In this document: piece by piece, positions 58,514 through 64,000 of the stretch
Layout: each line of letters begins with the position of its first letter
Numbering within the stretch: position 1 is the stretch's first letter
From: Candidatus Micrarchaeota archaeon
Lineage (GTDB): Archaea > Micrarchaeota > Micrarchaeia > Anstonellales > Anstonellaceae
Direction of reading: 5' to 3'
Length of the DNA stretch: 64,000 nt
Assembly (NCBI GenBank): GCA_026413805.1
Contig: JAOAKE010000002.1
Coordinates: forward strand, 3,599 to 67,598
Notes under the pieces: generated by a model
Database searches by the model: none
What the model was told of the DNA's origin: nothing
The model's input: the letters and a program-made list of their open reading frames with translations, nothing else
Program-made: the position numbers and the translations under genes

Positions 58514-59467
58514 ATGCAGGGAACCCAAGCAGCCATGCGCCCCACCCTCCAAGAGGCTCTAGGCAGTGTTAATTCCGAAGTTAAAAACCGCATAAGAGGT
58601 GCACAGGTACTCATTAAGCCCAATTTTGTGGATCCACAAATACCAAGGGCGTGTTCAACACCAGCAGCAATAGGCACGGTTGCACGCTGGGCTTTTTTTC
58701 ACGGTGCGGACCGTGTCCTTGTAGGAGACGATGGATGCCTGCATTCCCAGGAAAAAATGCTTGGGAGTGGGATAAAAACCTTCTCAAGCCGAGCCGGTGA
58801 TCTTTTAGGAGTTACAGATGAACTGCGAAAAGTCGTGGCTGAAACTGGAAAAAAGGCTGGCTATATCGAGATGGCTTCTTTGCGCACAGTAGAGTTTGAA
58901 GGAATTCTGCTCAGGGACACTTCGGAGTTTATGGTGGTCAATCTCACTCTTCCAAAAGTGCATGGCGAATATGAGTTCAGCGGAGTTTGCAAAAACCTCA
59001 TCGGGCTAATACCTCCTGAAAAAAGGTCGGAAACAGTACACCCATCAAGCGGTAGAGAGATAGGCTTGGAGTTGAAATATGCTGTATCCTCCGACACCAG
59101 CATCAAGCCTTTGTGCTCCCCGCAGATTGTGTATGTGGATGAAAGCAACCGCCAAAAGCAATTTGACGTTATGCAAAAGCTGATAAATTACGCAAGGACT
59201 GCCGGAAACTTCCTGCTCCATGTGATAGATGGAAGCATGGGCCTGATTCTCCACGAACATTTTGGGCCCAGAGTCAAGCTGGGCTTCGCAGCGGCAGGCA
59301 CCGACCCCGTCCAAGTTGATAGCATATGCTACAAGTACCTTAACATACCTTCAGTCTTTTACCTTCCAGGCGGCCAAGTTGGCAAAATGGCAGGTAAGCA
59401 AGTTCTGATATACGACAGCGATAGCCAAGGTCTTTGGACCGGGCTTGAATTATCTAATAAAAAATAA
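58514..59467 (+). CDS. DUF362-domain protein
   Basis: GAQVLIKPNFVDPQIP...AAIGTVARW is a DUF362-like signature. Start at the ATG at 58514, preceded by the GTGGTTTTATG junction motif. Confidence 0.5.
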   Translation: MQGTQAAMRPTLQEALGSVNSEVKNRIRGAQVLIKPNFVDPQIPRACSTPAAIGTVARWAFFHGADRVLVGDDGCLHSQEKMLGSGIKTFSSRAGDLLGVTDELRKVVAETGKKAGYIEMASLRTVEFEGILLRDTSEFMVVNLTLPKVHGEYEFSGVCKNLIGLIPPEKRSETVHPSSGREIGLELKYAVSSDTSIKPLCSPQIVYVDESNRQKQFDVMQKLINYARTAGNFLLHVIDGSMGLILHEHFGPRVKLGFAAAGTDPVQVDSICYKYLNIPSVFYLPGGQVGKMAGKQVLIYDSDSQGLWTGLELSNKK

Positions 59468-59472
59468 GTTCA

Positions 59473-59697
59473 AGCCCCCGGCGAGGATCGAACTCGCTAC
59501 CTGTTGTTTTCTTGTTGTTACTTCTCAGGCTTCCCTTGGGAAGTAACGTAGAAACCCGCCCGCAGTTTCGCAAGGGGGTTTCTCGCCCAGTTCCGCTCTG
59601 TTTGGTGTTCGGGAGGAAGTAACGTAGAAACCCGCCCGCAGTTTCGCAAGGGGGTTTCTCGTACAAGACAACCGCTCTACCAATGAGCTACGGGGGC
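59473..59697 (-). tRNA. tRNA-Thr(UGU) with a 153-nt canonical-position (37/38) intron containing a tandem 46-nt direct repeat
   Basis: Minus-strand exon 1 (59697-59662): GCCCCCG-TA-GCTC-ATTGGTA-GAGC-G-GTTGT-CTTGTA. Exon 2 (59508-59473): A-ACAAC-AGGTA-GCGAG-TTCGATC-CTCGC-CGGGGGC-T. The acceptor, D, anticodon and T stems all pair perfectly. The intron is 59509-59661. Confidence 0.8.
59540..59661. repeat. two copies of a 46-nt direct repeat (GAAGTAACGTAGAAACCCGCCCGCAGTTTCGCAAGGGGGTTTCTCG) at 59540-59585 and 59616-59661, inside the tRNA-Thr intron
   Basis: The copies are exactly identical and start 76 nt apart (30-nt spacer). Each contains an internal inverted repeat GAAACCC...GGGTTTC. Confidence 0.85.
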
Positions 59698-59768
59698 CCA
59701 CAGAAAACTTAGCACATATCATTTTAAAGGTTGGTCGGAAGAAAACCAAGCTAACAAGGGTGCAGTCT

Positions 59769-59921
59769 ATGGGCAAATTTCCAGAAGCAGACGCATACAT
59801 CTCAAATATTTTTATCTGCCGCAAGTGCAAGGCACGTAACAAGCGAGGGGCAGAGAAGTGCCGAAAATGCGGTTCTCCTTATATGCGCCCCAAGCGCAAG
59901 GACATCAGGGTCAAGAAGTGA
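59769..59921 (+). CDS. rpl40e: ribosomal protein L40e (50 aa), missed by the ORF track
   Basis: Own translation: MGKFPEADAYISNIFICRKCKARNKRGAEKCRKCGSPYMRPKRKDIRVKK. It has the C4 zinc-ribbon pattern of L40e. Confidence 0.75.
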   Translation: MGKFPEADAYISNIFICRKCKARNKRGAEKCRKCGSPYMRPKRKDIRVKK

Positions 59922-59939
59922 AGGTGGAGGCAGAGGGCC

Positions 59940-60386
59940 ATGGCAGAGGGCGAAGTAGTTTTCACCGCACGCTACAAGGACTGGGTGGTAATAAAGAAGA
60001 TGTCTATTGACTCTTCTACCACCCCGCAGGAAGTGGCAGCGATACTAGCATCAATAGAAGCCACTCTCTCCCGCAAGAGCTATGAATTTGCAGGCATAAA
60101 CCAGCAGAAAATAGACGAAATCGCAGAAAGGATGGTAAAAGGTAAGCGCAAGAGCTACTCCTCTTTGGCAGAGGCGATTTCGTCAATCAAGCCAAGCGAG
60201 CTTCGCCAAGAGCTGCTTGCAGCCTGCCCCACTGAAAAACACCTGCCAATCGCAGAAAATTACCTTCTAAAAATGGTGCTTGATAAGCTCGGGTTTCGCA
60301 CTAACCTAGATACCGAGACGCTTCAAGAGGTATACCCTGAAATAAAGGTGGCAAAGCCACGCGGCAACTTCGGCAAAAAGAAGTAG
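59940..60386 (+). CDS. hypothetical protein (148 aa) upstream of tuf
   Basis: ORF with coding appearance, no motif recognised. Confidence 0.4.
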   Translation: MAEGEVVFTARYKDWVVIKKMSIDSSTTPQEVAAILASIEATLSRKSYEFAGINQQKIDEIAERMVKGKRKSYSSLAEAISSIKPSELRQELLAACPTEKHLPIAENYLLKMVLDKLGFRTNLDTETLQEVYPEIKVAKPRGNFGKKK

Positions 60387-60513
60387 CATGCCAATTGGCG
60401 CAATTCGGAAAGCTTTATAAAATCAATCTCTAATATATTGCCGCTTCGACTTAATGAACGACGTAGGATTTCGTTCAGTCAGGCGTAATTTTGCACTATG
60501 GAGGTGTGTTTGA

Positions 60514-61782
60514 ATGGCAGAAAAGGAGCACATTAACCTGATATTCATAGGCCACGTGGACCATGGCAAGTCCACGACAGTAGGGCGGATACTTTACGAG
60601 ACAGGTGCACTCACAGAGCAGCAGCTTAGAAAGCTCAAGGAAGAGGCAGAAAAGGTTGGCAAGGCCACCTTTGAATTTGCCTTTACCATGGACACCTTGA
60701 AAGAAGAGAGGGAGCGAGGAGTGACAATTGACCTCTCCCACAAGGAATTCCAAACCCAAAAATACTACTTCACCATAATAGACGCCCCTGGCCACAGGGA
60801 CTTTGTAAAAAACATGATTACCGGAGCATCGCAGGCAGATGCCGCTGTCTTGGTCTGCTCTGCAAAAGAAGGGGTGCAGGCACAGACAAAGGAACACGCC
60901 TTCCTTGCAAAAGTGCTGGGGGTAAACCAGCTTATAGTTGCAATAAACAAGATGGATGCAGTCAATTATGACCATGTCAAGTTTGACGAAACCAAGATGG
61001 CACTTCAAAATCTGCTCAAGAACATCGGATACAAAGTAGACACAATACCATTCATCCCAATTTCAGGCTATGCCGGGGCAAACATAAAGACCAAGTCGCC
61101 TGAAACTCCTTGGTACGCAGGTCCAACTCTTATTGAGGCATTTGACAAGCTCACTCCTCCTGCCAAGCCAATTGACAAGCCCCTTAGGCTTCCAATCCAA
61201 GATGTATTTACAATTACAGGCCATGGCACTGTGCCAGTAGGCAGGGTAGAAACAGGCGTAATGAAAGTCAATGACAGCGTGGTATTCATGCCTTCTGGGG
61301 CAAAGGGAGAGGTAAAAAGCATTGAGATGCACCACCAACCCCTGCAGCAAGCAGTGCCTGGCGACAACATCGGCTTCAACGTGAAGAACGTTGACAAGAA
61401 AGACATCAAGCGAGGCGAGGTAGTGGGCCCAGCCAACAACCCGCCAAAGGTAGCTTCAGAATTCACTGCCCAGATTGTTGTGCTTGAGCACCCAACTGCA
61501 ATTGGAAAGGGCTATACTCCTGTCTTCCACATTCACACTGCCCAGGTAGCATGCACAATAACTGAGATAATGGAAAAGAAAGACCCCAAGACCGGGCAAG
61601 TGCTCCAAAAGAACCCTGACTTTATAAAATCAGGAGATGTGGCAGTGGTAAAGGTCAAGCCCCTCAAGCCAGTGGTCGTTGAAAAGTTCCAAGAATTCCC
61701 TCCACTTGGCAGGTTTGCCATTAGGGACATGGGGCAGACAGTCGCGGCAGGAGTGGTGCTTGACGTTGTGCCGAAAGCATAA
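60514..61782 (+). CDS. tuf: elongation factor 1-alpha (aEF-1α)
   Basis: [17 protein letters not shown] and NKMD motifs. Confidence 0.95.
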   Translation: MAEKEHINLIFIGHVDHGKSTTVGRILYETGALTEQQLRKLKEEAEKVGKATFEFAFTMDTLKEERERGVTIDLSHKEFQTQKYYFTIIDAPGHRDFVKNMITGASQADAAVLVCSAKEGVQAQTKEHAFLAKVLGVNQLIVAINKMDAVNYDHVKFDETKMALQNLLKNIGYKVDTIPFIPISGYAGANIKTKSPETPWYAGPTLIEAFDKLTPPAKPIDKPLRLPIQDVFTITGHGTVPVGRVETGVMKVNDSVVFMPSGAKGEVKSIEMHHQPLQQAVPGDNIGFNVKNVDKKDIKRGEVVGPANNPPKVASEFTAQIVVLEHPTAIGKGYTPVFHIHTAQVACTITEIMEKKDPKTGQVLQKNPDFIKSGDVAVVKVKPLKPVVVEKFQEFPPLGRFAIRDMGQTVAAGVVLDVVPKA

Positions 61783-61861
61783 ATTCTCTTTTGTTTTTAT
61801 GAAAATTTATGGCGAGCGAAGTATCCGGTCCGCAAGAATCGGAACAAAACAGGTGCATTGA

Positions 61862-62167
61862 TTGGGTAAGGCAAGGATTAAGCTGATCGGCAAAAGCCCA
61901 GAGGACTTGGAAGAAGTTTGCAAGCAAATCCTTGAAATCACAAAAATGACCGGAGTTGAAGTAAAAGGGCCAATTCCCCTGCCTACCCGCCGCCTTGTTG
62001 TTACCACCCGCCGCTCTCCGTGTGGAGACGGCTCGGACACCTACGAGCACTGGGAAATGCGCATCCACAAGCGAATCATTGATGTTGCAGGCGACGAGCG
62101 CACCCTGAGGCAAATCATGCGCGTGCGCGTTCCTGAAAATGTGCAGGTAAAAATATCGCTTGAATAA
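61862..62167 (+). CDS. rps10: ribosomal protein S10
   Basis: S10 family, following tuf as is usual in archaea. Confidence 0.92.
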   Translation: MGKARIKLIGKSPEDLEEVCKQILEITKMTGVEVKGPIPLPTRRLVVTTRRSPCGDGSDTYEHWEMRIHKRIIDVAGDERTLRQIMRVRVPENVQVKISLE

Positions 62168-62229
62168 CCTATCTTTTAGAAATCCTGCAAATCTCCTGCG
62201 CAAAATTCAAAACTAACGCCGCCACTGAA

Positions 62230-62420
62230 GAATAAAACGCCGAGGAGGAGATCTTGCGCGAAAGCGCGAGAGATTTGGAGCGGAAACGCCGCTCCAAACC
62301 GACGAGGGCATTTTAAAAATAAAGCGCCGAGGAGGAGATTTGTTCATGCGCCCTCCATGTTCTGTTTGGGAGGAAGCAGGGAAACCCTCTTTCAGAAAAG
62401 CAGAGGGGTTTTCCTATTGA
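62230..62420 (+). other. structured intergenic region with a duplicated AATAAA(A/G)CGCCGAGGAGGAGAT cassette, GNRA hairpins and two possible SD-led mini-ORFs (21 and 26 codons)
   Basis: Cassette copies at ~62231-62251 and ~62319-62339. Hairpins GCGC-GAAA-GCGC and GGAGCGG-AAACG-CCGCTCC. An imperfect inverted repeat GGGAAACCCTCT...AGAGGGGTTTTCC. GGGA-GGAAGCAG is reminiscent of the SRP RNA helix-8 motif. Confidence 0.3.
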
Positions 62421-62539
62421 ACTCCTAAGCCCCGAAGGGCACCAGATTGCCTTCCCATATAGAGGCTCAAGTCTGGCGCATTACCAGGTTCTGCCACCTC
62501 GGCATGTTAAAGAAATAGCCTGAATAGAATTTAAAGCAA

Positions 62540-62827
62540 TCAGGGGTTTTCAATTTCCACTTCGCCTTTCAATACCTTGCACTGGCAAGCCAGCCTCTGG
62601 TTTGGCTTTGCCCCAAACCCTTCCAACGTAGCCTTCTCATTCTCCGTTTTTTCGCTTAAATTCTCCATCCCCTTATTTACGTTTACAAGGCACGAAAGGC
62701 AAACCCCTGCCTTGCACGAAAATGATATTGATGCGCCGTTGTCTTCAGCAACCTGCACCAGGTCTGAGCCATCAGGCACCTCAACTGTTTTGTTGTCTGA
62801 CTTGAAAATTACTTTTGCCATCGCCAT
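62540..62827 (-). CDS. 2Fe-2S ferredoxin (plant-type fold)
   Basis: Cys pattern C-x4-C-x2-C...C (SCKAGVCLSCLV...ACQC). Confidence 0.7.
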   Translation of the reverse strand: MAMAKVIFKSDNKTVEVPDGSDLVQVAEDNGASISFSCKAGVCLSCLVNVNKGMENLSEKTENEKATLEGFGAKPNQRLACQCKVLKGEVEIENP

Positions 62828-62944
62828 CGCCTCGCATCTAATTGCCGCAAAAAGTTTATATTTGCTAACCGAAGTTTATCCGTCAATTTGCGAAGGGGCG
62901 CATAAATTAAAAACAAGCTCGTCGCATCTTTTGTTGGTGATAAT

Positions 62945-63562
62945 ATGCCCTCCAATCTTCCATCAAGTTTTTCCCATTCCTCCCATGGCGCTGCCCAAAA
63001 GCAGCAGCCTTCCCATGAAGAAGAAAAGCCCAAAGTGACGCAGGCAGACTCTACCCCGGCAATAATAATCAGCATATTGGCGCTCATGATTTCCATTGCC
63101 AGCTTCTATGTTGCCTTCTTTATGGAAAAGCCGCTTACCCAATCGCAAAAAGAATCCCTCAAAGAAATAGCCCAGCAACTTCGGGAATTGCAAAACAAAG
63201 ACATAATGCTTGGCGCACCTGTTGAAACGCGCCTATATTTGGACCAAGTATACCCTGCCAAAGACATGTTCCCTGAAACCTTCAACGTTACAATTGACTT
63301 TGCCATTCCTATTGAGGGCCAGCTTGTTGGGCTTGGCACGACAGGCCAGCCAGTCTATATCAAAGTCAAAGACGAGCTTCCTGTAAAATCAACAATACCT
63401 CTTTCCAACAAGGTCTTTGGGAACACCACAATAAGAATAGCAAAAGAATTTCCAGTTGAGGCGAGGTTTTCCTCAGTGGTCAAGGTCCGCTCGGCATATG
63501 GAAAAGAGCTAAACGCCATAATAGACAAGCTGGAAGCGCTGGCAGCAGATTCACCCTCTTGA
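62945..63562 (+). CDS. hypothetical N-terminally membrane-anchored protein (205 aa)
   Basis: TM helix AIIISILALMISIASFYVAFF after a polar N-terminus. Confidence 0.4.
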   Translation: MPSNLPSSFSHSSHGAAQKQQPSHEEEKPKVTQADSTPAIIISILALMISIASFYVAFFMEKPLTQSQKESLKEIAQQLRELQNKDIMLGAPVETRLYLDQVYPAKDMFPETFNVTIDFAIPIEGQLVGLGTTGQPVYIKVKDELPVKSTIPLSNKVFGNTTIRIAKEFPVEARFSSVVKVRSAYGKELNAIIDKLEALAADSPS

Positions 63563-64000
63563 AAGCGAGGCTATCTCTGCCACTCCCCTTGCCCCATCCC
63601 ACCTTTTTTTCCAGCCATTTATTTTCAATGCCTTCTTAAAGAAAGGGGCGTCAGCAACAAAGGTCTCCCCTTCTCCTCCCTCAAGGTTCAAGCTTACCTT
63701 GTGCTTCAGCCCAGCCAAATGCCGCACAAAGCCTCGGTCAAACCTCCTGCCAAGCATGTTTTCTGCCAATCCCTCTGCCGACACAGCAACAACATAGGTC
63801 TCCAAATATTCCAGCTGCTCTTCCAAAAGCTTCTTTTTGCACCTCCAAAGAGGGGCGAAGCTTCTTATTCCAAGTTCCCCTGCCAGCACATCTATCCTCT
63901 CCTTTTGATACTCAGACTCAATGGCGCCTGATACCACCCCATCCACTTTCATTTTTTTCAAAGCCTCTCCAATCTCATTCAGCTCGTCCCTTTCGCTTTT
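63551..64000 (-). CDS. diphthine-ammonia ligase-like PP-loop ATPase (DUF71/Dph6 family), partial (N-terminus beyond window end)
   Basis: VDGVVSGAIESEYQKERIDVLAGELGIRSFAPLW...GEGGEGETFVADAPFF matches the central part of the MJ0570/Dph6 family. The reading frame is open to position 64000. Confidence 0.6.
   Translation of the reverse strand, partial: KSERDELNEIGEALKKMKVDGVVSGAIESEYQKERIDVLAGELGIRSFAPLWRCKKKLLEEQLEYLETYVVAVSAEGLAENMLGRRFDRGFVRHLAGLKHKVSLNLEGGEGETFVADAPFFKKALKINGWKKRWDGARGVAEIASLSRG

Noticed and set aside
59540-59661. Possible CRISPR array (two identical 46-nt repeats with a 30-nt spacer)
   Set aside because: There are only two repeat copies. They lie wholly inside the intron of a well-formed tRNA-Thr gene, and no cas genes are nearby.

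Overview
This window looks like a compact archaeal chromosome segment, with reduced-genome (DPANN-like) traits. Most of it (about 12.5–52.6 kb and 59.7–62.2 kb) is the conserved transcription/translation superoperon: rpoH-rpoB''-rpoB'-rpoA'-rpoA'', L30e-NusA-S12-S7-EF2, then the long L3...L15-SecY-Adk ribosomal cluster. That continues with L34e-Cmk-L14e-Cbf5, S13-S4-S11-RpoD-tRNA-L18e-L13-S9-RpoN...S2, and later L40e, EF-1alpha and S10. Several unusual genes are inserted into this backbone: an antisense pilin-like Cys-rich protein, a surface-anchored GH5 glycosidase next to a pyrimidine-dimer glycosylase, and a small VirB2/TrbC-like membrane protein in front of secY. At least three intron-containing tRNAs are present (Leu-GAG and Leu-UAG with a T-loop intron at 56/57, and Thr-UGU with a 153-nt intron holding a tandem 46-nt repeat). 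A tRNA-Pro-like element with a disrupted T-arm and structured, possibly non-coding RNA regions are also present. The first 12.4 kb carries the most novel locus. It is a minus-strand six-gene cluster: MoxR-type AAA+ ATPase, vWA protein, GXGXG beta-helix protein, a 1389-aa orphan protein and two small proteins. Opposite it lies a 782-aa coiled-coil protein with a glycine-zipper anchor. I interpret this as a candidate MoxR-vWA ternary (NTP-dependent) system of unknown function. All calls rest on ORF structure, recognisable protein motifs or family signatures, and conserved archaeal gene order. No database search was possible.
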